DNA of 61,864 nt, counting the filler, from Platydemus manokwari (lineage: Eukaryota): assembly GCA_037951405.1 (NCBI GenBank). It is 5 parts of 5 records of this genome, joined end to end, with 100 filler letters (N's around TTAATTAATTAA, not from the genome) between each part and the next. Parts side by side here need not be neighbours in the genome. Positions count along the whole stretch, not along the records: positions 1 to 11,374 come from JBBMOY010725539.1; positions 11,475 to 21,914 come from JBBMOY011123330.1; 3 more parts are not named here. One strand, written 5' to 3'. Position numbers and translations under genes: made by a program. Shown in pieces: positions 1 to 11,698 of the stretch; the first letter of the stretch is position 1, and each line of letters starts with the position of its first letter. The notes below the pieces were generated by a model, which was not told the origin of the DNA, made no database searches, and worked only from the letters and a program-made list of their open reading frames with translations.

Positions 1-2
1 AT

Positions 3-623
3 ATAAATGAAGCGATCTTTCAGTACAACAAAGAACCCGAAGAAGCAAAGGCATGGTTAAAATTCTCAAACAAAATCATAACAATCCTCGCTCCGGTCAA
101 TATACCCTACACTTACTGGACGCTCTTCGTAGGGACAATCAACAGCGGTGCTGAAATAATGGACCCTCTTGGTGATCAAAGCCCGTATACAGTAAGAGCG
201 ATGGACAAAGCAAATATTTTAGTAATCACAAATAACGAATCAAGAACTGGGACAACCATAAATTTACAAGCTCCTGGAAACTTCATTATGAGAAATGTTG
301 TCCTCGATCCATTTATCAGTAAAGCAATTACTTTGAACAAAATTACTGATTTTATTGACAATCTGGACTTCAATATTTTCAAAGGATGTGAATTGCTAAA
401 ATCAAATCAGCGGACACTCTTAAAGATCGATGTCAAAAAAGAAACAATTTCACTAATAGACCCGATGTCGGACAACATCACAGAAGAACATTTAATTGCC
501 AATGCCAACAAAAATCTCACCACCTTGCTTTGCAAATCAAATATATTTGTTGAGATGAATCACAATCCAATCAGACTAACACAATTTGGGGACAGTGGTC
601 CAATTGTATTTGGCTATATATGA
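3..623 (+). CDS. Intronless ORF of unknown function, 5'-truncated by the window edge; possibly virus-derived
   Basis: Frame is open from nt 3 (INEAIFQYNKEPEEAKAWLKF...) through the 159-623 ORF. A/C-rich, less AT-rich than the flanks, no introns, no recognised domain. Confidence 0.5.
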   Translation: MNEAIFQYNKEPEEAKAWLKFSNKIITILAPVNIPYTYWTLFVGTINSGAEIMDPLGDQSPYTVRAMDKANILVITNNESRTGTTINLQAPGNFIMRNVVLDPFISKAITLNKITDFIDNLDFNIFKGCELLKSNQRTLLKIDVKKETISLIDPMSDNITEEHLIANANKNLTTLLCKSNIFVEMNHNPIRLTQFGDSGPIVFGYI

Positions 624-661
624 ATAATATCTGTACCAATCTTAAATTATAAAAAATCAAC

Positions 662-1269
662 ATGAAAATCATTAAAAAGAAAGCGTTAAAACTAATAATC
701 CAGAGCAAAGTTAAACGAAAGAACCTGGGAACCCTCTTATTACCAACAATAAATAGTAATCCACCATCTACCATTGAAACCAGAAGGATTCTAGCTACAG
801 AACTCTGCACCAAGATGGAAAATGCCACAATCGATGATATGTATGAGATGTTCACAAAATCCATCAGAGAATTATGTGCAATCATGGACGAAACCAATCC
901 ATATATGGGACAGAATGACCACGCGAATGATAGGGACAAACTGATCTGTGACTATGAAACCTACATAAAATTGCACCAGCAACAGCATTTCAACTAGCTA
1001 CGAATTCGGATGACTCCAATGGCTGCCTACCAAAAGAAGACTTAGAAAATCATTAAAGTGGAAAGCAAGAAGAAACTCACAAAATAGAAAAGTGCATTAA
1101 TTTTTGTTCCAAACCATTCGAAGATGCATGTATACTAGACAATCTTATAAAAAGAGCCACAATTCGAATTCAAGAAACCAGAAAATCAAATATTTCACCA
1201 ATTCTTAAACAAGAATATCAACCTGTACATGGAATATCTGTGGAACACAACGTATATTATATTTCATAA
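662..1269 (+). pseudogene. Second intronless virus-like ORF with a basic N-terminus, apparently disrupted
   Basis: ORF 662-997 (MKIIKKKALKLIIQSKVKRK...). A shifted frame continues APATAFQLATNSDD... to TAA near 1269 with one internal TAA. Confidence 0.35.
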
Positions 1270-1579
1270 GATTGAGAAGATAAAAGGATAAAAAACAAGA
1301 AATTCTGGGTTAATTTTTTGAAAATTATTTTGATAAAGACCAGAGAGTTTTTATATTATTATATATTAAAATTTGAGTTCTATAAATTCGTAATTTTCGA
1401 TAATAAATTTATTAAAACAATTAATATATTTATGTTTAATAAAAAGTAAGACTTGATATATTGATAATAATTTCACTTTAGATTTATAAAATTTAAATTA
1501 TTTAATGGGATAATGAAACAGTTTTAAAGATAGAGAATGAATAATTTAGTTTATGTTTATAATATTCCACTTTTACTTA

Positions 1580-1900
1580 TGAAACCATTGCAGAAATTCT
1601 GTACAAATTTATCAATTGACATTCAGACAAATTCATATACGGATAAAGGAACTACATACATTTATATTTGGTTTCCCAAGAACATTTGTCTCTAATAACA
1701 AACAAATATTACAAAAGATAGGACTAAAAAAATCTCATGGTGGTAATTTCTTATGAATGTATAAAAGCAAACTTCTAATAGGAAAGCATTAGTTATGACT
1801 ATCAGTGAAACGTTGGATCCAATAGTAATCAATGGACAATGAGTTAGTCCATCCAACCATTTAAAATAGAAGGAAATAATGTGAAATATAAAGGCATTGT
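1580..1900 (+). mobile_element. Degenerate retroviral-type (rve) integrase fragment
   Basis: IFGFPRTFVSNNKQ near 1665-1705 resembles the FGxPxxIVSDNGxQF integrase core; stops nearby. Confidence 0.35.
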
Positions 1901-2026
1901 TATTTAAATTATATATTGCAACTACATAAAAATATCTTCTTTTAAATCGATATACTTAGAAAGCTGACAACAGATTCATTCCTTTAATAAAAATTGGGCA
2001 TCTTGATTATATATTCAGATATACAT

Positions 2027-2737
2027 TTAGTTCAAAAGTCTGCTATTGGCTAAAAAGTGTTTGTAAAAGCTTCTACGACTTCGTGATGTCAATGAATCGA
2101 CCACTGTAATTATTTCTTTCATATAGGGAAATTGATTTTTATCGAAACCATTTTCCAGTAATATTTTCCCAATTATTACCGGTGTCAGCCATCGAGTAGA
2201 AACTTGAATATCTATACCTTTGATGCACTCCTTTTGAATGTTTGGTTTTAATTCATAATAACGATAGCTTTCAATTTCATCAATATCAACCAAATTTGAC
2301 ATTTTGTTCATATCAGTAATATTGCTAAAAGCTGTATCTCGATCTTTATAAACATATGAAACAAAATATGAATTTTTCATTTCTATTTGAATGAGAGTTG
2401 GAAATGTGATATCGAATACTGCAATGACAAAAGTGTAACCTTTCCGTTCACCATTGATATAGTGACTTAAACCAATACGATAGTTATCGAGATAATTTTT
2501 AATCATTACTCGTGTTCGAATTCCATCAGATCCTGATAAAACTGTGTCATCATATGTTACCGAACATTTGGGACAGAAAGAAGGATTTTGTAAATTATTC
2601 AGCAATAAACATTGAAAATGAAAAATGTGTTTGCACTTGGGAAGTTGGAGTGCTCTATCGGTACGGCATTCGGTGAAACAAATTTGACATTCGTTATCAA
2701 CATTCTCATCAGAATCACAAACTAAGCGATTGTACAT
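2027..2737 (-). CDS. RING-H2 zinc-finger protein (putative E3 ligase), intronless
   Basis: CQIC...CKHIFHFQC...CPKC is a C3H2C3 RING-H2. Likely start ATG at 2737 (MYNRLVC). Confidence 0.8.
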   Translation of the reverse strand: MYNRLVCDSDENVDNECQICFTECRTDRALQLPKCKHIFHFQCLLLNNLQNPSFCPKCSVTYDDTVLSGSDGIRTRVMIKNYLDNYRIGLSHYINGERKGYTFVIAVFDITFPTLIQIEMKNSYFVSYVYKDRDTAFSNITDMNKMSNLVDIDEIESYRYYELKPNIQKECIKGIDIQVSTRWLTPVIIGKILLENGFDKNQFPYMKEIITVVDSLTSRSRRSFYKHFLANSRLLN

Positions 2738-3119
2738 TTTAGATAGGTTTGTTAGAATGAAAAAAGAAATAATGCATGCTCTATATATAACTGCATAATG
2801 ATGAAAGACTTGACTTTTCCGCAATTAAAAAAAACTAATTTGAGGAATTGAAATTAAAATTTATCTAATTAAACTGATTTTGATTATTTTTTGGTTGTAA
2901 CATTATTAAATTCATTTATTTATTAAACTAAATATGCAATAATGACTTTCTCTTGCTAGAATATTAAGACTCGTTAATAGTCGTTAACATTTATTATTTA
3001 TATTTGTTGGTTAATGTTGAATGAATTTCCAAGTGCTCTAACAGTGTCATATTAATATATTAATTTTTAAATAAATATAAATATATTATAAATATATAAT
3101 AAATAAATTTCTAGAACAG

Positions 3120-4221
3120 GAAATGGAAATCAATAAAGGTATCCAAAGAAAGAAAGATAATGGATATGAACGAAGGTCTGCCTATGGCAACATTCTAAGG
3201 TTTAAAAATTATAAACATCAAATACCTGTTTATTTTAATAATTGTTGCTGATATACAATAGAAGAACAAAGAAATAAAGCTGCAAAAGTGTTAAGTGATC
3301 AAATTCCTTCTTGTGTATATTTAAAATTAATTTCAAGACATCCTGATATAATAGACAATGAAAGCAAATTATATCAAGAAGAGAATTGTATTAAACAATT
3401 TATTGAATGGATTGTGGAAAATGGAAGCTTTTTTGATAAATTACATTGCAAAGAAATCTCAGAAAAATCTAAAAATATTACCATTAACAGAAGAAATTTA
3501 TATTTCCTTTAATTATAGGTGTATTAGATTTACAGATTCACTAAGAATATTTCATAACTCTATAGATAAGATACGTAAATGAATGGCAGATGAAGAACTT
3601 ATAGAATTGAAAAAATAGTTTTCTTCAAATTATACTATTATGAAAGAAAAAGGAATTTATCCACATGATTTTATAATTTCATTGGAAGTATTAAATGAAA
3701 TTAGATTACCACCAATAGAATATTTTTATTCTAAATTAAATTAAACTGAATTAAAAGAAGAAAAATATCAAAGAGCTCAAGATATTTCGAATAAATTCAA
3801 TTGTAAAACATTGTGATTGTACAATCTTATATTTTAAACAAAATGTAAATATGTTAGCAGATGCTATAGAATCATTTAGAACTAACTATTTATAAATCCA
3901 AGAAGTTTATTATGTTTCTGCCCACTCTTTAACATAGGAATCAGGATTAAAAGAAATCAATATTTATCTAAAATTATTTACTGATCAAACTATGTATGAA
4001 ATGTGAGAACAAGTGATAAGAGGAGGAATATCATCAGTAAAAGATATGTTACGGCTAATAATAAATATACTAATGATAATATAGATTGTTATTTTTGCCC
4101 AGAAGAACGTGAATTTAACAAAATAATAAAAGACTCTAACAAACATGAAAAGAACACTAATAAAATACAATACGAATATTTTGATTTAAGTAAATTTTTT
4201 GACAAGAATTATTTAATGTAA
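3120..4221 (+). mobile_element. Polinton/Maverick protein-primed DNA polymerase B remnant, N-terminal half
   Basis: Broken frames give IRFTDSLRIF, RKGIYPHDF, LPPIEYFYSKL, IRGGIS and RYVTANNKY, all typical pPolB motifs; many stops and frameshifts. Confidence 0.85.
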
Positions 4222-5689
4222 AAATTATAATTATTTAAAGTTATAAAACATAAATTATATAATTTTTATTGTTTCTTTGTATGGTAAAGAAGGTTAGTTA
4301 ATATATTCATTTGCCGGAATGATAAAATATTTATCTTTTGGTGTAGAGAAGATGGATTTAGCATAATTATCTAATATTGAATCGTTGGGGCATAATTTTT
4401 GTTCATTATTTTAATTCTGATTTCTTTTTTGATAAATGAAGAATCAACAAATTTCACATCATATACTTCTGTTTCTTAAGTTATTTTATTTTTATATTCT
4501 TTATCAAATAAACATTTACTCCCTTAACCGGATCAAATTCTTCAAATAATTTTACTTTAAACATTTTTTAATATTTATTTTCTATGAATAAATATTTTAA
4601 ACCACTTTCTAAACAATGAGAGAAAGCAAACCACATTGACTGATCTAGTCTGATCTACTGATAAATCTTATTCCTGGCGATACATTATCATCATCTTCAT
4701 AATCATTTTCTGGTTCTTTTCATTCTGGAAAATAATATGGATTAACTTTTCTATTTTAAACAGTCAGTATTAGATTTATCCTCAGGATTAAAATATGGGA
4801 ATAAATTCCATGAATTATTATTATTATTATTTTACCGCATGATAATTAAAATATTCATTTGATGAAGTAATTAAAAACTTATCAAACGTTTTTGATAAAA
4901 TAGATTTACCAAATTATGAAATTTGCTAACTCATTTTATTTGGCTCTTCAAGAATTCTCCATCAGTTTCCCTTAATAATTTCTTCTTATATTTCCCGTTT
5001 ATCATGATCAAATTCTCTTAATAGTTTTATTCGAAAAAAATTATTTTTAGCATGTGATTTTATGGTAGTTGTGAGGATTAATTTAAGTTAACTAATAATA
5101 ATTTTAAAATTATTATTCTAAATAATAATTTAAATAATGGCTTTAAAAAACATTATCTTAAATTAAAATTTTCATAAAATTTTTTAATTACAGTTTAAAA
5201 TAATAGATTTTAAAAGTAACAAATAGTGTTTTAAAATTTGTTGTTTAAAATAAAATAATTAGAAAATTATTTAAATATTTTTGTGTATACCTGATTAAGA
5301 TTGATAATGAAATCTCTCTAGAAAAGGAATTATAATTTGTTTAAAAAATTGTATTTAGTGTTGTAATGAAATAAATATTAAGAAAATCGTAATAATGACT
5401 TCTCTTGTTGAAATATCAATTGCAATCCTTTACTAACAGTAAAAATGATTTGTAAAAATATTAGAACCAATATGTCAAATTTTACATTGTAATTCTACGG
5501 TTTTATATTTTCTTCTTATTTTACTTAAATAATTTCTAAATTCACGTATTGTATCAAAAAGAAATAACAAGAACAACCAGGCCACATATACCAGTAGTCT
5601 TTTAAAACATCATGTGAGATATTCCTTATTTTTACTTAATTCTACCTTTTGCAATTTAATTAACTATATCGGGATGTGGTACATTATTC

Positions 5690-6520
5690 ATTTCATTATT
5701 GCTGTATAAATGTAAAGTGCTTGCTTTTTCTATTTTTCCCAATTTCATCAATTATTTCATTATTTAATAAATTATCAAATTCATTATTATGTTTTCTAGA
5801 TTTTTTATGAGATATTAAACCCGCTTTTTTTTTGAAAATGTTAATCACATGATTCACAATAAAATACAGTTCTAGTCTCACCCATTTTTTAGTGATGTCG
5901 TTTTGTATTATTCATTAATTCCCAGATATCTTTTTCAAAACCATTTGTTCCATTAGTTCTTTGATTTGTATTTGATTGAATATATTCTTACAACCATAAT
6001 AATATTCTATTTACTCTTTTTGATTTCATTCCCATATTTAAATAAAACTGAAGATTTCTATAATGAACAACATGATTAGTTTGATCCGTTTCGTCACAGA
6101 TTAATAATTCAGATGGAGGAATCTTTTTTCTTAGAATTTGTTCTTTCTGATTTCAACTAAACATTTCAAAATTTACTTTTTTTCTCTAGAGCTAAAGGAA
6201 AATCTATTGTTAGCCTTTTACACTCATTAATATATTCTAAATTAACTTCTATTATTATTCCTAAACTCGGATGTTTTGAATTAGATGGTAATTTATTTAT
6301 TACTGAAGACATAAGTCCTTCTAAATTACTATTTATATAAATTAAATTTACTTTTTCAACCTATTTAAAACATCTACAAGGGAGTACTTCACTCATTGTC
6401 TGTCCATATAAATTATTGGCACCAATATACATTAAATAATTTCTGTCAAAATATTTACTTAAATCTAAAGATTCATTTTGTTTTCTCCCCTTTTCATGTT
6501 TGTTTTATTAAATATGAAAT
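5690..6520 (-). mobile_element. Polinton/Maverick pPolB remnant, polymerase (C-terminal) half
   Basis: Minus strand NYLMYIGANNLYGQTMSEVLP (motif A, canonical YxDANNLYGxAM) and NGFEKDIWELMNN (motif B, canonical FEKDFxKLMNN). Confidence 0.8.
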
Positions 6521-8010
6521 CATGTAATAGTAAGTACAGCAAGATCTTTTAGCGGTGTCCTACTCAAATACGATTCGAGGCTTATGCGGCTGAAAGAACC
6601 AATCATAGAGCCAATCAATTTTAAACATCAGACTTGTGCTATCCTTTATCAGAGTCTCTCTTGACTTCATCTCTCAGAAACATAGTTCGCAATTTTTTGA
6701 AATTAAATTAAAATTACAGTCGATTCCATTTGGTTTGTCCTCCAACATCCAACTATTGGAAATTCAATGGTGTTCTGCTTTAGCAGTTTGTTGTACAATT
6801 CGTACAAATCATTTTTGAATTAAATTCAAGTTTCCTTTGATCCTCATATCTACAACTACCATAGTTATCTACAATTGCATAGCTTCAGTCTCACCACAAT
6901 TGCATAGCACAGTGTCAAATACTGTTTTTCGCAACAACTATTTATCATTAAATCCACCATTTCAATTTTTCAGTCAAACACCCATTAACATCATCAACAT
7001 ACGTGTTACTAAAGCACCTCTCAACCAGTATATAATAATAATGATTAATCTCCCCAAAACACAAACATATCAATATCGAATGTATTCATTACATTATCGA
7101 CTGTTTACAATTTGATAAATTCCTTGACTTTTCCCGATCATTAACAGTTATTTGTATTCATATTTTCCTCGCTTTCAAACGATTCTCTAAATAATTAAAC
7201 GGATATCATTTTCAAACCCGATCTCATCCTTGATATAAATCAGTGATATTTAAAATCCGGTAGCATTGAATCACCATTATAAGCGGTATTGTGTAAGCCA
7301 ACAAACATGTGTGTGTAAATACATTCAGATATGTATTGTGATGATGTGACTCATTAAATTGTAGACTCGTCAAGGACTGAAATAATAATATAGGTATGAA
7401 TATTCGATTCTGTATTCCAATCAAAATGAACTTTCAATGATTCCAATCACAAAATCAATCAACCATAAAAAGATATTTGCTTGGCTTATTGTGATAAATA
7501 TGTTAATCAAAATTATTGATCCGATTGAATAATCGATAAATAATTCGATTAAAAATGTTATCATTAAAACAAAATGAAATAAGTTCAATAAGCAAATCGA
7601 TAAAAATATTCGATTGGAAGCTGATTAAAATACCGGCTAAAGAGCCAAAATATATTGATTGGAAAATAAAAATGAAAATGAAACCAAATATTTGTGAAGA
7701 TTATTTATAATTTTATATTTTATATATAATATTTGTCTTGAAATTTTAATAATAAATATATAATTATAAATTATTAACTCGAAATCACTATGCTGTATTT
7801 AATTATTTATATTTAATTTAAGCCAATTAATTAATTTTAATAAATTTAAACAAAAATCAATTAAAAATTCCACTTAAAAATTAACAATAAATCAAACCAT
7901 AATAATATTATTAAAATATAAATTTTAATTTTAAGCTTGTCTATTCAACATTTGAATCAGTATTGTTTAGTCCGATCGACCTTTGATCCAGTTAAACACA
8001 AAAGAACTCG

Positions 8011-8018
8011 TATAAATA
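8011..8018 (+). promoter_or_regulatory. TATA box of the saposin-like gene
   Basis: TATAAATA 43 nt upstream of the ATG at 8054. Confidence 0.5.
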
Positions 8019-8053
8019 CAGTCAGTGTATTCCAGCTATAACTCGCATTCGAC

Positions 8054-8806
8054 ATGAAAAGCTTACAGATTCTTGGTAAGATTGATTTTAGCCATTCTGG
8101 ATAATGAGATGATTTTGTATTTTCAGTCGTCATTTCTGTTTTGAATGCACTATCAGTGACCGGGAATTCATTCGAAGCATGTTTATAATATTATGATAAT
8201 AATAATTATTATTAAATTCCTTATTGTGAAATTAATAACTAACTGTCATATATTATCATGCTATTATCATTAAAATAGACAGGTCCATCTATATATCGCA
8301 TTTATAGCTTTACTAAACATAAACGTTAGACCAGATTGATTATCATTCGACAATTCGACAAAATTTAATCAATACTTGATAGAGATCAGTGATTATAAAT
8401 AATAGTTAATTAGGGAATAAATGATGTGCTTACGTTTGCGGTTCATATCATCAATATATAAGAGATATGTGAAGCTATTATCATTGAACATATTATTAAT
8501 ATTCAAGTTGCTGTATTTAAGGGTTTGAGTCTGAGATTTTCCAATCTGTAAATTTATGAATGTCACCTAGGTAACTGACAACGGCTTAATGGTCTTGTGC
8601 GATTTATTTCCCAAAATGTTCGCCGACAAATGCATGAATTTTGAAGAGACAGAAAACAACAAAGACATTGGAAATTTGAACATTCATGCCAACATCGAGG
8701 TCGAAATTGGACTCAAAGATGGTTTGATGATTATTTTTATAATTATAATTGGCTCAAATATTAAATGAATTGAAAGTATTTTCATCGATTGTTATTATTA
8801 TTATTA

Positions 8807-8862
<56 letters not shown>

Positions 8863-9307
8863 GTCAGTATTATTATTACTATTATAAATGTTATTATTAT
8901 CACTATTATGGTTATTATTATTATTGTTCTTATTGCTATCATTATTATTATTATTATTATTTGAAAAATAATATATTATTTCAGTGAAATGTGACGTTTG
9001 CCAAAAAGTGCTTCACAAAATCATCAAATCAAAACACACGAAAGTAAAACAATTTCATTCCATTTTGTATTGATTAAGCATTTTGCAGAAAGACTTGAAG
9101 AAAGCTCTTCAATTCGTATGCCACATATTTCCAATTTATACCAGACAAATATGTAAGAAATTCGTTTCAAAATACGGTGATCGAATAATTGGCTTAATTC
9201 TAAAAAATGTTCCGGTGCATAAAATTTGTCGTGAAATCGGTTTGTGTATGTCATTGATCAATGACCAATCGACAGGAATGGAATGGGAATTAATAAAACT
9301 CATGTAA
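8054..9307 (+). CDS. Secreted saposin-like protein (SAPLIP, saposin-B domain), 5 exons
   Basis: Exons 8054-8075, 8127-8176, 8571-8721, 8985-9043, 9089-9307. Signal peptide MKSLQILVVISVLNALSVTG; six-Cys domain CDVC...VCHIFP...IC...ICREIGLC. Confidence 0.85.
8791..8961. repeat. (ATT)n microsatellite in a saposin-gene intron
   Basis: Long imperfect ATT array. Confidence 0.95.
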
Positions 9308-9833
9308 TTGTAATTGAAAATAATAATTCATTACTGTTGTTTTATTAATATTAATGAGTAAATCATTCCGGATATTAAAGATTGACACGAGTCATTTATA
9401 AAATATATCATTCGATTTATGGATACCCAATTTTGGTGAGTTTAAAAAACTGATGAGATGCAGTATAAAAACATTCAAGTCTAAAATAATAATAAGTCGA
9501 TCATAAAATGAAATAATGCAGTGTTAAAAAAAATATTATATCCGATAATTCCAGATCAAATTTCATTCTGTAGAAATGACGTAAATAAGTAGTTAATAAA
9601 GCCAGCACATATCAATAATGATACACAAATGCCTTGGTCTAATATTTCTGAAAACCAAGCTATTTAAAGATAATCTGATACCAAAAATAACTAAATTCAT
9701 CTTGTACTCTTATGATGGCATTTTCTGTATCTCACAAACTAAAACAGACTGCTAAAATAGTTTATTTAGTTCCGTTTAATAATGAATATCTATAAAACAT
9801 TGCTAATAAAAGTGACTCAATAAAATGTTTATT

Positions 9834-10320
9834 GGCACTTACAAACCAATTATAAATAAAATATCAAACAACAAAATAGTATTTACTAAAGCAAAGTTTG
9901 CAAAGATTGTCGATGTGATTTAATGATCTTAAATAATATTTTTTTTAAGAATTTTACTGAACCGTTTAGTGGGAATTATTCCATTTTCCGGTAGTTTAGT
10001 GAACAGCAATTCAAATTGAGCAGAATGATTTTATAATCTCGGAATTACCGTTGATCTAAATTTATTATTATTTTTATTATTATTATTATTATCTGGCATT
10101 GACAAACCAAATAAAAATATCAAACAACAAAATAGTATTTACTAAAGCAAAGTTTGCAAAGAATGTCGAGGTGATTTAATGAACTAAAATAATATATTTT
10201 TTTAAGAATTTTCCTGAAATGCTTAGCGGGAATTAATCCATTTTCCGGGAGTTCGGTGATCAGCAATTCAAATTGAGCAGAATGATTTTACGTTTGATCT
10301 AAATTTATTATTATTATTAT
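9834..10320. repeat. Tandem duplication of a ~230-260 bp unit with a hairpin and an (ATT)n tail
   Basis: Copies near 9834-10092 and 10095-10320 share caaacaacaaaatagtatttactaaagcaaagtttgcaaaga and cagcaattcaaattgagcagaatgatttta. Confidence 0.9.
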
Positions 10321-10549
10321 CTATCAATAATTAACGAATAATTTTGTATAAAATATAATGTTTTATCCAGTTTTGGCACACTAAGAACATCGCAACAGCA
10401 CTTACAAAAGGCAGAAGCTAACGTTAACAGAATAACTAAATCAGGTTTCAAATAATTTTATTTATAACTTGGATCTCGCTAAAATTAATTTTCCAGCTTC
10501 TTCCCCTGTTCCATAAATGATCTCTGACATAAATTAATAATTTTAAAAA

Positions 10550-11100
10550 TCAACTCTAATTCAAAAAGTGATTGGCCTGCACCATAATTCTTTATAAAAT
10601 TCACAACAACCGTCGGAATAATCGCGGAAATATATTTTTTTGTACTGAGTAGATTCATTCATTTAGTTTTCCTTTAGTTCTCCGCAAACAGCAAGTTGTA
10701 AACTGTGTACCACGTGTTGTTGTTCCTCCTACTTCCACTCTAGATAATAATTCGCATACAATAATGTCAATGTCGTCATTTCCATGTACAAGACTAGCAA
10801 CCATTTTAAAATTATCACGGTTTTAATAAAATTTAGCCAATTTAAAATTATAGAAAATGAATTTCTGTTAATTTCTGATGCTTTGGATATTGTTATGACA
10901 ACTCTGGTCCGGTTTTGACTATTGTTCACAAGCGTTAAGCGAAACTGGTTTTACTTGAATTCCTTTTTTTTACAGAAATATTACTTTATTGTTAAAGCGC
11001 TTTCATTTAACACCATATTTTAATAATTGTTTGCTGTGCTTGTTTCATGTGCAATAAAGGGTGTATTTTTGATGTCTTTAACAACTTCTTGTGTTTATTA
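10550..11100 (-). mobile_element. Degenerate hAT-type transposase fragment
   Basis: Minus-strand RDNFKMVA (cf. DNAxNM) and VVHSLQLAV (cf. CxAHxLQLAV). Confidence 0.45.
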
Positions 11101-11374
11101 TTTTTAATATTCACATTTATAAATAAAACCATGCTGTTAGAGATGACAAAATAGATAGCACATCTAATATATTATTGAATGCAACGAAAGGAATGATTTA
11201 TTATATTTGAACTACAAGGATTAAAATTTGTCATTCAATATTTTCTAGCTTATTTACAACACGATTACAATCGATCAAAATGTCAGCAGATTGATTATTA
11301 CCAGGTTGAGTCAAAAGTTATTCATGTTTTTATGCAGGTATTTTATTAACACAAATTGTTATAACGCTGAACAT

Positions 11375-11474
11375 NNNNNNNNNNNNNNNNNNNNNNNNNN
11401 NNNNNNNNNNNNNNNNNNTTAATTAATTAANNNNNNNNNNNNNNNNNNNNNNNNNNNNNNNNNNNNNNNNNNNN
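11375..11474. other. Artificial contig spacer
   Basis: N44-TTAATTAATTAA-N44; the core has stops in all six frames. Confidence 0.97.
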
Positions 11475-11698
11475 GATCTTCCACGCGTTTTATGTGGTTC
11501 AGAACTCATTTTGAAAACTACGGCGCATCGTTAGCCAGTATATCAATGTTTCTTAAAGTGGTGGCGAAGATATTTTTGAAACGGTTGACTGTAATTGTAA
11601 ACGAATGCATGAGAAATTGTGGAGCACATTGTAAGGTTTGTGGAGGATTGGTAGGGGTTATGATGGGTATAAACTTTTTCAATTTATAAATCATTAAG

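Noticed and set aside
6540-7450. Strand-skewed region with short ORFs
   Set aside because: Multiple stops and no recognisable motif; probably decayed repeat.
8749-8964. Poly-Ile ORFs here and at 36175-36471; Ser-Leu ORF at 61332-61547
   Set aside because: Translations of ATT/AAT and CT microsatellites.
11419-11430. TTAATTAATTAA palindrome recurring about every 10 kb
   Set aside because: Always centred in 88 Ns; a synthetic six-frame-stop linker, not biology.
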